Assembly: GCA_046327745.1 (NCBI GenBank)
Contig: JAXLXV010000030.1
Location: 8,469 to 72,468 of the forward strand
DNA length: 64,000 nt
Direction: 5' to 3'
Origin: Gemmatimonadaceae bacterium
GTDB lineage: Bacteria; Gemmatimonadota; Gemmatimonadetes; Gemmatimonadales; Gemmatimonadaceae
The notes beneath the pieces are model-generated. The model was not told where the DNA came from and ran no database searches. It saw nothing but the letters and a program-made list of their open reading frames with translations. Every line of letters begins with the position of its first letter. The stretch's first letter is position 1. The position numbers and the translations under genes are program-made. Below, one piece after another: positions 50,010 to 60,649 of this stretch.

Positions 50010-50050
50010 GCTCCGCGATCCCGCAATAACGTTAGGCTAGCGGAGCACGA

Positions 50051-51355
50051 GTGAACATTTCGGTCATTGGAACTGGATACGTCGGACTGGTTGTGGGTGC
50101 CTGTCTTGCCGAAACCGGTAACGACGTCGTGTGCGCGGATGTCGATGCGAAGAAGATCGACGGGTTGAAGGAGAACGTCATCCCGATCTACGAGCCGGGA
50201 CTGGAAGCGCTGGTAGAGCGAAACCAGCGCCAGGGCCGGATCAGCTTCACCACGGATGTCGCGGCATCGATTGGTCGCGCGGACGTGATCTTTATTGCCG
50301 TCGGGACGCCGCCAGACGAGGATGGATCCGCCGACCTTCGCTACGTGCTGGACGTAGCGGACAAGATCGGCCGGCACATGAAGCGAGAGCTGGTGGTGGT
50401 GACCAAGTCCACGGTCCCCGTGGGCACGGCGGCCAAGGTTGCAGCCGCAGTCTCCAAGCACGCGAAGCTTCCGTTCCACATGTGCTCGAATCCCGAGTTC
50501 TTGAAGGAAGGCGCTGCCGTCGACGACTTCATGAAGCCCGACCGCGTGGTGTTGGGTGTGGACAGCGATCACGCGCGAAGCGTCATGGCGGAGCTGTACG
50601 CGCCGTTCGTGCGCACTGGCAAGCCGATCATCTTCATGGACATTCCGTCGGCCGAGATGACGAAGTACGCCGCGAACGCCATGCTCGCCACGCGCATTTC
50701 GTTCATGAACGAGATCGCGAACCTTTGCGAACGCGTCGGGGCGAACGTGGACTTGGTGCGTAAGGGGATCGGCACCGACAGCCGCATCGGTCCGTCATTC
50801 CTCTTTCCGGGTCCGGGTTACGGCGGCTCATGTTTCCCGAAGGACGTGAAGGCGCTGGTCCGAACCGCCCACGAGGTGGGGGCCTCCCTCAGCGTGCTGG
50901 ACGCTGTGGAAGATGCCAACGAGCGACAAAAGCGCCGCCTGTTTGAGAAGCTCCAACGCACGTTAGGCGAGTTGCGCGGCACTCGGGTGGCGATCTGGGG
51001 TCTGGCGTTCAAGCCAAACACGGACGATATGCGCGAGGCACCGGCGTTGGTGCTGATCGACCAATTGCTGGAACAGGGCGCGACGGTCACGGCACACGAC
51101 CCGGCGGCCATGCACGAGACCAAGCGAAAGATCGGCGACCGCATCACGTACGCGGAAACCAACTACGAAGCGTTGACAGATGCCGACGCCTTGGTGGTCG
51201 TGACCGATTGGAATGAGTACCGGCACCCGGACTTTACCCGCATCAAGTCCACGCTCAGGCGGCCTGTGATCGTCGATGGCCGCAACCTCTACAACCCGGA
51301 CAAAATGCGCGCGCTCGGATTCCAGTACCTCTCGATCGGCCGGGGTGCTGAATGA
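50051..51355 (+). CDS. ugd: UDP-glucose 6-dehydrogenase
   Basis: The GTG start gives [19 protein letters not shown]. The product also has [13 protein letters not shown] and [13 protein letters not shown]. Confidence 0.9.
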   Translation: MNISVIGTGYVGLVVGACLAETGNDVVCADVDAKKIDGLKENVIPIYEPGLEALVERNQRQGRISFTTDVAASIGRADVIFIAVGTPPDEDGSADLRYVLDVADKIGRHMKRELVVVTKSTVPVGTAAKVAAAVSKHAKLPFHMCSNPEFLKEGAAVDDFMKPDRVVLGVDSDHARSVMAELYAPFVRTGKPIIFMDIPSAEMTKYAANAMLATRISFMNEIANLCERVGANVDLVRKGIGTDSRIGPSFLFPGPGYGGSCFPKDVKALVRTAHEVGASLSVLDAVEDANERQKRRLFEKLQRTLGELRGTRVAIWGLAFKPNTDDMREAPALVLIDQLLEQGATVTAHDPAAMHETKRKIGDRITYAETNYEALTDADALVVVTDWNEYRHPDFTRIKSTLRRPVIVDGRNLYNPDKMRALGFQYLSIGRGAE

Positions 51356-52308
51356 GGGTCCTCATCACAGGAGCCGCTGGCTTTCTGGGTTCGAACCTCG
51401 CCGACCGATTTTTAGCTGACGGTCACGCGGTCGTCGGGTTGGACAACTTCATCACGGGTAACCCGGATAACATCGCGCACTTGATGGGGAACCCGAAGTT
51501 CGAGTTTCTCCATCACAACATTTCCACGTACACTTACGTGGCCGGAACGCTCGACGGCATTCTGCACTTTGCATCGCCGGCCAGCCCGGTGGACTACCTG
51601 GAGCACCCGATTGCCACCCTGAAGGTCGGTGCCCTGGGCACGCACAACGCCCTCGGTCTGGCCAAAGCCAAAGGGGCGCGCTTCTTCCTGGCCTCCACCA
51701 GCGAAGTCTATGGCGATCCCATGGAGCACCCGCAGCGGGAGTCGTATTGGGGCAATGTGAATCCCATCGGCCCGCGTGGCGTGTACGACGAAGCCAAGCG
51801 TTTCGCCGAGGCAATGACGATGGCGTATCACCGCTACCACGGGGTGGATACCCGAATCGTGCGGATCTTCAACACGTACGGTCCGCGGATGCGTCCGCGC
51901 GACGGTCGAGTCGTCTCCAACTTCATTGTGCAGGCGTTGAACAACGAGCCGATCACCATCTACGGGGATGGCTCGCAGACGAGGTCCTTTTGCTTCGTCT
52001 CGGACGAGGTGGAGGGGATCTATCAGCTGTTCATGCGCGGCGATTCGAATCCTACGAATATCGGCAACCCAACGGAGTTCACGGTCAAGCAACTGGCGGA
52101 GTTGATTGTGGAGCTGACGGGCACCAAGGCGCCGATCGTCTACAAGGACTTGCCGGTCGACGACCCCAAAGTGCGAAAGCCGGACATCACCAGGGCTCGG
52201 GAAACCCTTGGATGGGAGCCGAAGGTGGCACTCCGGGACGGGGCTGCACGCACGATTGAGTACTTCCGATCGCTGATCGGGACCGATCTCATGAAACCCC
52301 GGGGCTAG
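51352..52308 (+). CDS. UDP-glucuronate decarboxylase (UDP-xylose synthase; extended SDR)
   Basis: An ATGA overlap joins it to ugd. The product has [21 protein letters not shown] and YDEAKR. Confidence 0.88.
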   Translation: MRVLITGAAGFLGSNLADRFLADGHAVVGLDNFITGNPDNIAHLMGNPKFEFLHHNISTYTYVAGTLDGILHFASPASPVDYLEHPIATLKVGALGTHNALGLAKAKGARFFLASTSEVYGDPMEHPQRESYWGNVNPIGPRGVYDEAKRFAEAMTMAYHRYHGVDTRIVRIFNTYGPRMRPRDGRVVSNFIVQALNNEPITIYGDGSQTRSFCFVSDEVEGIYQLFMRGDSNPTNIGNPTEFTVKQLAELIVELTGTKAPIVYKDLPVDDPKVRKPDITRARETLGWEPKVALRDGAARTIEYFRSLIGTDLMKPRG

Positions 52309-52327
52309 TTCGGGTGACCTATGTACG

Positions 52328-52356
52328 GCGGGGCGGCTCTGCGCGGGCCGCCCCGC
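52328..52356 (+). terminator. GC-rich 10-bp stem-loop after the sugar cluster (terminator-like, no U-tract)
   Basis: GCGGGGCGGC (52328-52337) pairs with GCCGCCCCGC (52347-52356) around a 9-nt loop. Confidence 0.4.
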
Positions 52357-52491
52357 TGCCGTTCCGGTCCAGATAGGCCCTCGCGCCCTCGCAAGCGGGT
52401 GCGGTGATTATGTTTCGTGCTTGCCACGGGGGGCCTATTTCGCCCCCCGTTCCTTGAATCCCTAGGCACTCCAGACGGGTACTCACCCGCC

Positions 52492-53271
52492 ATGCACCGC
52501 TCTCGTTGGGTCCAGCTCTCACTGATCGTCTTGGGGACGTCGTCCCTGGGATGCGCGTCGGGCTTCAAGCTCACGCGATACACAACCAGCGAGAGCCTGT
52601 ATCGGGCGGCGATGGACCAGTTCCGCCGTAAGAAGTGGGACAATGCCATCCAGGCCTTCGAGAAGCTGACCCTGGACCTGCCGGCGCGCGACACGCTTTT
52701 GCCGATGTCGCACTACTACCTGGCCAAGTCTCACGCTGGCCGGGGCGATCACTTGCTGGCGGCTCAGGCGTACAGCCGCATGGCGGAGAGCTTCGCGACC
52801 GACTCCCTGGCAGACGACGCCACGTTTGAGTCGGGGCTCGAATACGAAAAGTTGTGGCGAAAGCCGGTGCTCGACGCCCAGTACGGCGGCGAGGCGCTGA
52901 CGGTGTTCCAGACCTTCTTGGCCCTCTATCCCGATAGCGAGCTCCGCGACAAGGCGGTGGCCGAGATCCAGCGGATGCAAGAGTGGTTTGCCACGAAGGA
53001 CTTCGAGAACGCGATGTACTACTTTCGGCGCAAGGCATACGACCCGGCGCTGATCTACTTCCGCGACGTCGTTAGGCTGTATCCAGAGACGGAACGCGCC
53101 AAGGACTCCTACCTGCGGATGGCCGAAGCTTACGACGCCATCCGTTGGAAGGACGATAAGACAGAGGTCTGCAAGACCCTCTGGGAGCGCTACGCCAAGG
53201 ATCCGCAGGTACCGATCGTCTGTGGGCGTGCACCCCCTCCTGTCGATACGGTGCGTAAGGGCTCGCCGTAG
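52492..53271 (+). CDS. bamD: outer membrane protein assembly factor BamD (TPR lipoprotein)
   Basis: The internal ATG gives MHRSRWVQLSLIVLGTSSLGC with a lipobox. TPR-like repeats are present (YRAAMDQFRRKKWDNAIQAFEKL, YYFRRKAYDPALIYFRDVV). Confidence 0.8.
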   Translation: MHRSRWVQLSLIVLGTSSLGCASGFKLTRYTTSESLYRAAMDQFRRKKWDNAIQAFEKLTLDLPARDTLLPMSHYYLAKSHAGRGDHLLAAQAYSRMAESFATDSLADDATFESGLEYEKLWRKPVLDAQYGGEALTVFQTFLALYPDSELRDKAVAEIQRMQEWFATKDFENAMYYFRRKAYDPALIYFRDVVRLYPETERAKDSYLRMAEAYDAIRWKDDKTEVCKTLWERYAKDPQVPIVCGRAPPPVDTVRKGSP

Positions 53272-53274
53272 CCC

Positions 53275-53901
53275 GTGCGCCTGGGAATCCTCGGCGGGAC
53301 CTTCGATCCGCCGCACCTTGGTCACCTCCTGATCGCGTACGACGCCGTCGCCGCGCTCAGGCTGGACTCCCTGGTCTTTATCCCAGTCGCACAGCAGCCC
53401 CTGAAGATGGGGCGGCCTGCGGCCCCGGCCGAGGCGCGATTGGAGATGGTTCGGCGGATGATCGCCGGCCTTCCGCAATTCGCCTGTGATGCCATCGAAG
53501 TGGACCGGGCGGGCTTATCTTACACCGTCGATACGTTGGACGAGTATGCGCGTCGGTATCCGAGCGCAGTCCGTTTCTTTTTGCTGGGGACCGACGCTGT
53601 CCGGTCGTTCCCGTCCTGGCGAGAGCCGGGACGGATAGCAGAGCTGGCGCAGCTCGCCGTTCTGCGACGGTCGGATGAGGCAGGCCAAGCAAGTGCCAAC
53701 GGGGGTGACCATATGGATGACGCGATCGCCAAGGTACGGGCCATCACGGGAGCCGATCGAGCTCCCACGATTGTTCCTACCCGGCGCATTGACGTCTCCT
53801 CCACGGAGATTCGCGACCGCGTGCGAGCGGGATTGCCACTTCGTGGATTCATCACAGACGATGTCGCACGCTTCATCGAAGCGAGCGCTCTTTATCGTTA
53901 G
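53275..53901 (+). CDS. nadD: nicotinate-nucleotide adenylyltransferase
   Basis: The GTG start gives GILGGTFDPPHLGH. The product also has ISSTEIR. Confidence 0.9.
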   Translation: MRLGILGGTFDPPHLGHLLIAYDAVAALRLDSLVFIPVAQQPLKMGRPAAPAEARLEMVRRMIAGLPQFACDAIEVDRAGLSYTVDTLDEYARRYPSAVRFFLLGTDAVRSFPSWREPGRIAELAQLAVLRRSDEAGQASANGGDHMDDAIAKVRAITGADRAPTIVPTRRIDVSSTEIRDRVRAGLPLRGFITDDVARFIEASALYR

Positions 53902-53910
53902 GACACAGCA

Positions 53911-56900
53911 ATGATCAAGGGACTCATCGGCAAGGTGTTTGGCACTCGCCACGAGCGAGAGCGCAAGCGCGTGCAGCCGATCATCGACGAAGTCAATCGC
54001 GAGTACGAGCGGTTGCAGCACGTGTCGGACGACGAGCTTCGCGGCCAGACCGCGAAGTTCAGGGCCACGCTCACCGAGCGCTCGGGGGCGCTGGAATCGC
54101 GCGTGGCGGAACTGAAAGAGCTGAAGAAAGTCACGAAAGATCCCGCCGAGCGGGATTCGATTGACAATGAGCTGGGGGGCGGCGATGGGCGGGGCGGGCT
54201 GGAGGAACAGCTGCGCGCGTCGATCGCGGAAACGCTCGACGAGATTCTGCCGGAGGCGTTTGCGACGGTTCGCGAGGCCGCACGCCGCCTGGTCGGAAGT
54301 GATGTGACGGTCACCGGGCACGACCTGCAGTGGGACATGGTGCATTACGACGTTCAGCTGATGGGCGGTATCGAATTGCACCTGGGTCGCATTGCGGAAA
54401 TGGCGACCGGCGAAGGAAAGACGCTGGTGGCGACGTTGCCGCTGTACTTGAATGCGCTTCCCGCGAAAGGGGCGCACCTGGTGACGGTGAACTCCTACCT
54501 CGCGCGCCGCGACTCGCAGTGGATGGGTCACCTGTACCGATACCTCGGCCTGACCGTCGGCTGCATCGATGACACAGAGCCTGGCACGCATGCGCGCCGA
54601 GCCGCCTACGAGTGCGACATCACGTACGGCACGAACAACGAGTTCGGGTTCGACTACCTGCGTGACAACATGGTGGTGTCGCTGGAGCAGCGGGTTCAGC
54701 GGCCACACTGGTTCGCCATCGTGGACGAGGTGGACTCCGTCCTGATCGACGAGGCGCGGACGCCGTTGATCATCTCGGGTCCGGTGGGGAACGAGAACGA
54801 CGCCATGTTCGCCGAGCACAACGCGGCGGTGACGCGGCTGGTTCGGCGTCAGACGGAAATGGCAAACACACTCGTCGCGGATGGCGAACGGGCCATGCAG
54901 CAGGATGACACGGCCACCGCGGGCGAAGCGTTCTTCAAGGCGCAGCTTGGATCGCCGAAGAACAAGCGGCTCATGAAGGCCCTGGCCGAACCCGGCGTGA
55001 AGCAGCTGGTGCAGAAGATGGAGCTCGACTACATCGCGGACCGCAAGTTGCCAGCGGCGAAGCAGCAGTACCGCGATTTGGAGAACGACCTGTACTACGT
55101 GCTCGACGAAAAGGCCCACACTGTGCACCTGACGGACCGCGGCGTGGACGAGTTGTCACCGTCGGACCATGACCAGTTCGTCCTGCCCGACATTTCGACC
55201 GAGGTGCACCGCATCGAGCACCACCCGGACATGTCGCCGCAGGAAAAGCTCGAGGCGCGCCGAGGCATCGAAGGCGAGTACGCGGTCAAGAGTGAAAAGC
55301 TCCACATTGTGCACCAGTTGCTCCGGGCGCACGCGCTGTACGAGAAGGACGTGAACTACGTCGTTCAGGACAGCGAAGTGTTGATCGTTGACGAATTCAC
55401 CGGTCGCACGATGCCAGGCCGGCGCTGGTCCGAAGGGTTGCACCAGGCGGTCGAGGCCAAGGAAGGGGTGAAGGTCAAGGGCGAAACGCAGACACTCGCC
55501 ACTATCACGATCCAGAATTACTTCCGAATGTACGCCAAGCTGGCGGGCATGACCGGTACAGCAGAAACCGAAGAGCGCGAGTTCTTTGAGATTTACAAGC
55601 TCGAAGTGGCCGTGATTCCGACGAATCGCGACATCGTGCGCGATGACCGCCAGGATCTCGTGTACAAGACACGCCGCGAGAAGTACAACGCGATCGTTGA
55701 GGAGACGCAGCGCCTGTACGGGCTGGGATATCCGGTGTTGGTCGGCACCACCAGCGTCGAAGCGTCTGAAACGCTGGCTCGACTCTTCAAGCGCGCTGGA
55801 CTTCCCCACAACGTCCTGAACGCGAAGTACCACCAGCGTGAAGCAGAAATCGTTGCCGAAGCTGGTCGGGCGAACGGTATAACGATCGCCACCAACATGG
55901 CCGGCCGTGGGACCGACATCAAACTCGGCCCTGGCGTCAAAGACGCAAAGCCATCGCGCGTGAAGGACGCCGACGGCAAGCTGGTCGACGTGGATGAATG
56001 CGGCGGTCTGCACATTCTGGGTTCGGAACGTCACGAATCCCGGCGTATCGACCGTCAGCTGCGAGGGCGCGCGGGCCGTCAGGGCGATCCGGGAGCGTCT
56101 CAGTTCTTCCTGTCGTTGGAAGACGACCTTATGCGCCTGTTCGGGTCGGAGCGTATTGCCCGACTCATGGATCGCCTAGGGGCGGAAGAAGGCGAGGTGC
56201 TCACACATCCGCTGATCACGCGGTCAATCGAGCAGGCCCAGAAACGAGTCGAGCTCCAGAATTTCCAGTCACGAAAGCGCCTGCTGGAATACGACGATGT
56301 GATGAACCAGCAGCGAGAGGTGATTTACTCGTTGCGCTCGTTCGCACTGGAGGGCGGCGAGGAACTGCGCGGCGAGGCCTTGAAGATGGTGGAGAAGGCC
56401 GTGGCGCGACGCGTAGAGACGCAGCTCGCCGATTTCGAGGATGCTACGCAGTGGGATCTTGGCCTGGTCAAGCAGGACCTGTTAATGCATTACCTGCTTA
56501 CGGTGCCCGAGCTGGAAGGGCACGATACGCCCACAACCATTGCCGATGTTGCATCTGCGGCCGTCGAGGCGGCGCGGGGAGCCTTCGCGTTCAAGGAGAA
56601 GGCGCTGGTACTGGAAACGCCGGATGGACCGCAGGACTACTCCGGTCAGCTGCTCTCGCTCATCATGCTGAACGTGCTGGACGAGAAGTGGAAGGACCAT
56701 CTCTACGACCTGGACCAACTTCGCAACGCGATCCATTACCGCTCGTGGGGCCAGAAGGACCCGCTCATCGAGTACAAGCAGGAAGCGTACACGATGTTCG
56801 TGGATCTCATGCAGGACATCCACCACACGTTCACCGAGCGGTATCTGCGGGCCCAACTGGTCCTGAATCCCCCGGTTGGTGGCGACAGCGGCGCACCGGC

Positions 56901-57243
56901 GGGCCCGGCTCGCGGCCCCGACGGGCAAGCGCGTCCTACAAAGCGATACAATGCCTTGGGGGTGCTAGAGGACGTACCCGAGGAAGAGCCGGTTGTTGAG
57001 CCTGACGAAGCTGACGAGCCCGTTGAGGAGCCGGCCCCTGAACCTCAGCGACCCGCGGTGAAGCGGGCGGACCCCGTGGTCGTCGGCGCGGGACGGACGC
57101 GCTCACTGTCGTCGATGGGGAGTAGCGCGGCCGGCATGGCCGCGGGCATGCCAAAGGACATCGATTGGAGCACGATCGGCCGGAACGACCCGTGCCCCTG
57201 CGGCTCCGGCAAGAAGTTCAAGAAGTGCCACGGTCAGGGCTAG
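53911..57243 (+). CDS. secA: preprotein translocase ATPase SecA
   Basis: The 1110-aa product has MATGEGKTLVATLP and DEVDSVLIDEARTPLIISG. The C-terminal zinc motif is CPCGSGKKFKKCHG. Confidence 0.98.
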   Translation: MIKGLIGKVFGTRHERERKRVQPIIDEVNREYERLQHVSDDELRGQTAKFRATLTERSGALESRVAELKELKKVTKDPAERDSIDNELGGGDGRGGLEEQLRASIAETLDEILPEAFATVREAARRLVGSDVTVTGHDLQWDMVHYDVQLMGGIELHLGRIAEMATGEGKTLVATLPLYLNALPAKGAHLVTVNSYLARRDSQWMGHLYRYLGLTVGCIDDTEPGTHARRAAYECDITYGTNNEFGFDYLRDNMVVSLEQRVQRPHWFAIVDEVDSVLIDEARTPLIISGPVGNENDAMFAEHNAAVTRLVRRQTEMANTLVADGERAMQQDDTATAGEAFFKAQLGSPKNKRLMKALAEPGVKQLVQKMELDYIADRKLPAAKQQYRDLENDLYYVLDEKAHTVHLTDRGVDELSPSDHDQFVLPDISTEVHRIEHHPDMSPQEKLEARRGIEGEYAVKSEKLHIVHQLLRAHALYEKDVNYVVQDSEVLIVDEFTGRTMPGRRWSEGLHQAVEAKEGVKVKGETQTLATITIQNYFRMYAKLAGMTGTAETEEREFFEIYKLEVAVIPTNRDIVRDDRQDLVYKTRREKYNAIVEETQRLYGLGYPVLVGTTSVEASETLARLFKRAGLPHNVLNAKYHQREAEIVAEAGRANGITIATNMAGRGTDIKLGPGVKDAKPSRVKDADGKLVDVDECGGLHILGSERHESRRIDRQLRGRAGRQGDPGASQFFLSLEDDLMRLFGSERIARLMDRLGAEEGEVLTHPLITRSIEQAQKRVELQNFQSRKRLLEYDDVMNQQREVIYSLRSFALEGGEELRGEALKMVEKAVARRVETQLADFEDATQWDLGLVKQDLLMHYLLTVPELEGHDTPTTIADVASAAVEAARGAFAFKEKALVLETPDGPQDYSGQLLSLIMLNVLDEKWKDHLYDLDQLRNAIHYRSWGQKDPLIEYKQEAYTMFVDLMQDIHHTFTERYLRAQLVLNPPVGGDSGAPAGPARGPDGQARPTKRYNALGVLEDVPEEEPVVEPDEADEPVEEPAPEPQRPAVKRADPVVVGAGRTRSLSSMGSSAAGMAAGMPKDIDWSTIGRNDPCPCGSGKKFKKCHGQG

Positions 57244-57391
57244 TGACCTGACGGTGGCGTGGCGCGGCGGGTGCGTTGCACCTGCCGCGTCTTGCGTTGT
57301 GGCGCGCTGCTGCGGTACGGCGCGCGGCGAAATGGTCACGCAGCGGTCAGCGACGGCCGGTACTCTGCGGCATCCCCTCTGTGAGTGATGC

Positions 57392-58129
57392 ATGGCAGAC
57401 GATCAGGAGCCGCGAATCGGCCCGCAATTCTCTTCGGCGCCCTTTAGCCTGCGCGAGCTTCCCCGCAGTGAGCGGCCACGCGAGCGGTTGGTTCGCTTGG
57501 GCGTAGGCTCCCTCTCCACAGTTGAACTGATCGCCATCGTACTCGGCACGGGCACGGGTAACCGCTCCGCGCTTGCTCTCGCGCACCACGTGTTCTCCGC
57601 GGTAGGGGGATCCCTGCGGAGACTGGCGACAGGGAGCGTGACCGCACTGACCGCGGTGGACGGCATCGGTGCGGCCCGCGCTGGCGTCTTGCACGCTGCC
57701 CTTGAACTTGGGCGCCGCATGTCCGCCGAAGGGAAGGGAGAAGGCGTCGCCATGCGAGCCCCACGCGATGTGTACGAGGTGTTCGCTCCCCGATTGCAGG
57801 ACCTGCCCGTCGAGGAATTTCACGTCGCCGTGCTGAACGCGCAGCAACGACTCGAGCGAGACATCACGGTCACGCGCGGCATCCTGAATTCTTCCCTCGT
57901 TCACCCGCGTGAAGTTTTTCGCGAGGCCATCGCCGAGCAGGCGGCGTCAATCATCCTCGTGCACAACCACCCCAGCGGCGATCCGACCCCATCGCACGAG
58001 GACGAGATCATCACCGAGCAACTATTCCTGGCAGGGAGACTCCTGGACGTTCCTGTACAAGACCACGTGATCGTTGGGCGCGGCCGATACACCTCGTTCA
58101 TGGAATCAGGCCTTCTAAAGGCGACATAG
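57392..58129 (+). CDS. radC: RadC-family JAB/MPN-domain protein (UPF0758)
   Basis: It has an N-terminal HhH region (ELIAIVLGTG) and a C-terminal JAMM-like motif (ILVHNHPSGDPTPSHED). Confidence 0.85.
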   Translation: MADDQEPRIGPQFSSAPFSLRELPRSERPRERLVRLGVGSLSTVELIAIVLGTGTGNRSALALAHHVFSAVGGSLRRLATGSVTALTAVDGIGAARAGVLHAALELGRRMSAEGKGEGVAMRAPRDVYEVFAPRLQDLPVEEFHVAVLNAQQRLERDITVTRGILNSSLVHPREVFREAIAEQAASIILVHNHPSGDPTPSHEDEIITEQLFLAGRLLDVPVQDHVIVGRGRYTSFMESGLLKAT

Positions 58130-58316
58130 GCACAATCGCACCGGGCGAGGAACGGTCGGGGTCAGAGCGCCGCCTCAATGGCCCGGCCATGGCGAAACGC
58201 GGAATTTCCGTGCGTCAGCAGATGGACACCCTGCCCGTGCGCCGCTAACTATTCGAATACGGGCAGTAGCGGGCACCCACCGAGCAACAGACCGGCGGGA
58301 CTTTCGGGCAATCCCC

Positions 58317-60497
58317 ATGGCGACGACCCTGAGCGAAATCATTCCAGGTTGGACGCTTCCGGACTCGATTTCGGAGCGTCTGGACATGGATTTGCTCTCC
58401 CGCGCCTATCGATTCTCCGAAAAGGCGCACGAGGGACAGCTCCGCCGAAACGGCGATCCTTACGTCACGCACTGCGTGGAGGTGGCCAAGATCCTGGCCG
58501 AACTGCAGCTCGACTCGGTGACGGTGGCCAGCGGGCTGATTCACGACGTCGTGGAAGACACGCAGGTCACCGTCCCCGATCTGGAGAAGGAGTTCGGCTC
58601 GGAAGTATCCCAGATTGTCGATGGACTGACGAAGATCGGCAATCTGCCGCTTAACTCCACCGAAGAGCGGCAGGTCGCGAACTACCGCAAACTGCTGCTG
58701 TCGATCGCGAAAGATGCGCGCGTCATCATCATCAAGCTGGCCGACCGTCTGCATAACATGCGGACGTTGGACGCCTTGCCAGAGGCCAAGCAGCGACGCA
58801 TTGCGCAGGAGACGATGGACCTGTACGCGCCGCTGGCCCACCGGTTCGGTATGGCGCGGATGCGATGGGAGTTGGAAGACCTCGCGTTCAAGTACATCGA
58901 GCCCGACGAGTACCGAAAGCTGGCCCGGTTGGTCGCGAACAAGCGTGGTGAGCGTGAATCCCTGATTGCCCAACTCCGCGAGCCATTGGAGCGGACGCTG
59001 ACGCAGGCAGGCATTAAGGATGTTGAGGTCACCGGACGCGCGAAGCACCTGTGGTCCATCTGGAAGAAGATGGAGAAGCGCCAGCGTCCCTACGAGGAGA
59101 TCTACGACCTGCTGGCGATTCGCGTGCTCGTGAATTCCGTGCCGGACTGCTATCACGCGTTAGGCGTGATTCACGATGGATGGACGCCCCTGCAGGAGCG
59201 AATCAAGGACTATATCGCCCAGCCGAAGTCGAACGGGTATCAGTCCCTGCACACGACCATCTTCGGTCCGGGCCGCCAGCTGTACGAGATCCAGATCCGG
59301 ACGCGCGAGATGCATCGCACGGCGGAGATCGGCATCGCGGCGCACTGGCGGTACAAGACTGACTCGAAGGCGAAAGACGAATTCGAGCGACAGCTCCACT
59401 GGTTCCGCCAAGTGCTGGAGTTGCAGCTGGATGCCAAGGATCCTGCCGAGTTCCTCGAATTCCTAAAGCTCGACTTGTATCAGGACGAGATCTTCGTCTT
59501 CACCCCGACGGGCGACGTCATTCAGCTGCCGAAGGGAGCGACACCGATCGACTTCGCCTTTGCCGTACACACCGAAGTCGGGAAGCGTTGCTCAGGTGCA
59601 AAGGTCAACGGCAAGATCGCGCCGTTGTCGCGCCAACTGAAGAACTCCGAAACCGTCGAGATCCTCACGTCGCAGAATGCCAAGCCGAGTCGTGACTGGC
59701 TGGCGCATGTCCGGACCGGACGCGCGCGGCACAAGATCCGGCAATGGCTGAAGTCCGAAGAGCAAATGACATCGGTGCGGGTCGGGCGTGAAATGCTCGA
59801 TCGTGAGCTGAAGAAGCGCCGACTGGGCAAGGTGGAGGACTCGCAACTCGAGTCGGCGGCCAAGACGTTGCATCTGAATGACGGGAATCACCTCATAGCG
59901 TCGTTGGGCCAAGGGGACCTGAACCTTACGCAGGTCCTGAAAGCGATCTTTCCCGAGATCGACCCGGCGCCCGATGCAGTGCCCAAGCCCTCGGCCCTCG
60001 AACGGCTCATGGACCGGGTTCGAGGCACTTCCAAAGGGATCACGATTCAGGGCGCCGACGGCCTGATGGTCCGCTATGCGCAGTGCTGCCAGCCCGTGCC
60101 TGGCGACCAAGTAGTTGGCTACGTCACCCGAGGTCGCGGGGTCTCGATCCACCGATCGGACTGCCCGAATCTGCTCATCCTGATGCACGAGCCCGAACGC
60201 CGGCTGGACATCGACTGGAAAGAGCAGGCCGGTGAGCGATTCGTTGTACGTCTGGCCCTCGAAGGCAACGATCGTCGCGGGCTCTACGCGGACCTCGCGA
60301 GCGCCGTCAGCTCCACCGGCACAGACATCCGCAGCATGGAGCTGCGCGCCGTGGACGGTCGCGTGTCGGGCGCTGCATTGGTCGAGGTCGAGAATCTCGC
60401 CCATCTGCAACGCATCATGCGGGCGGCGCGCCGCGTGAAAGGGATCATCGACGTCGCGCGGCGCGAGCGTATCTCGGCGGACGAGCATCAGGCCTGA
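58317..60497 (+). CDS. rel: bifunctional (p)ppGpp synthetase/hydrolase (RelA/SpoT homologue)
   Basis: The product has an HD hydrolase motif (YVTHCVEVA...GLIHDVVEDT), a synthetase region (YQSLHTTIF), and TGS and C-terminal ACT-like domains. Confidence 0.95.
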   Translation: MATTLSEIIPGWTLPDSISERLDMDLLSRAYRFSEKAHEGQLRRNGDPYVTHCVEVAKILAELQLDSVTVASGLIHDVVEDTQVTVPDLEKEFGSEVSQIVDGLTKIGNLPLNSTEERQVANYRKLLLSIAKDARVIIIKLADRLHNMRTLDALPEAKQRRIAQETMDLYAPLAHRFGMARMRWELEDLAFKYIEPDEYRKLARLVANKRGERESLIAQLREPLERTLTQAGIKDVEVTGRAKHLWSIWKKMEKRQRPYEEIYDLLAIRVLVNSVPDCYHALGVIHDGWTPLQERIKDYIAQPKSNGYQSLHTTIFGPGRQLYEIQIRTREMHRTAEIGIAAHWRYKTDSKAKDEFERQLHWFRQVLELQLDAKDPAEFLEFLKLDLYQDEIFVFTPTGDVIQLPKGATPIDFAFAVHTEVGKRCSGAKVNGKIAPLSRQLKNSETVEILTSQNAKPSRDWLAHVRTGRARHKIRQWLKSEEQMTSVRVGREMLDRELKKRRLGKVEDSQLESAAKTLHLNDGNHLIASLGQGDLNLTQVLKAIFPEIDPAPDAVPKPSALERLMDRVRGTSKGITIQGADGLMVRYAQCCQPVPGDQVVGYVTRGRGVSIHRSDCPNLLILMHEPERRLDIDWKEQAGERFVVRLALEGNDRRGLYADLASAVSSTGTDIRSMELRAVDGRVSGAALVEVENLAHLQRIMRAARRVKGIIDVARRERISADEHQA

Positions 60498-60649
60498 CCC
60501 CGGCGACTGCCAAGACGTACCATGCCGGTCGAGATGTCGTCGGCCGTTATGCAAACTGTGGGAACGATTGCCGTATACGAGTCAGCCTTGCCGCGGGTTG
60601 CGACCGGCCGCTCGGCGCGACACCTAACGTCACGCGGGCAGCTGGGTCC

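Noticed and set aside
53515-55128. 537-aa minus-strand ORF opposite nadD/secA
   Set aside because: It lies entirely within unmistakable secA/nadD coding sequence on the other strand and has no recognisable motifs. It is a GC-rich shadow ORF.
57392-58129. RadC/JAB protein as part of a mobile or anti-defence module
   Set aside because: It stands alone between secA and rel, with no toxin, nuclease, methylase or mobility genes nearby. This is consistent with the housekeeping radC copy.
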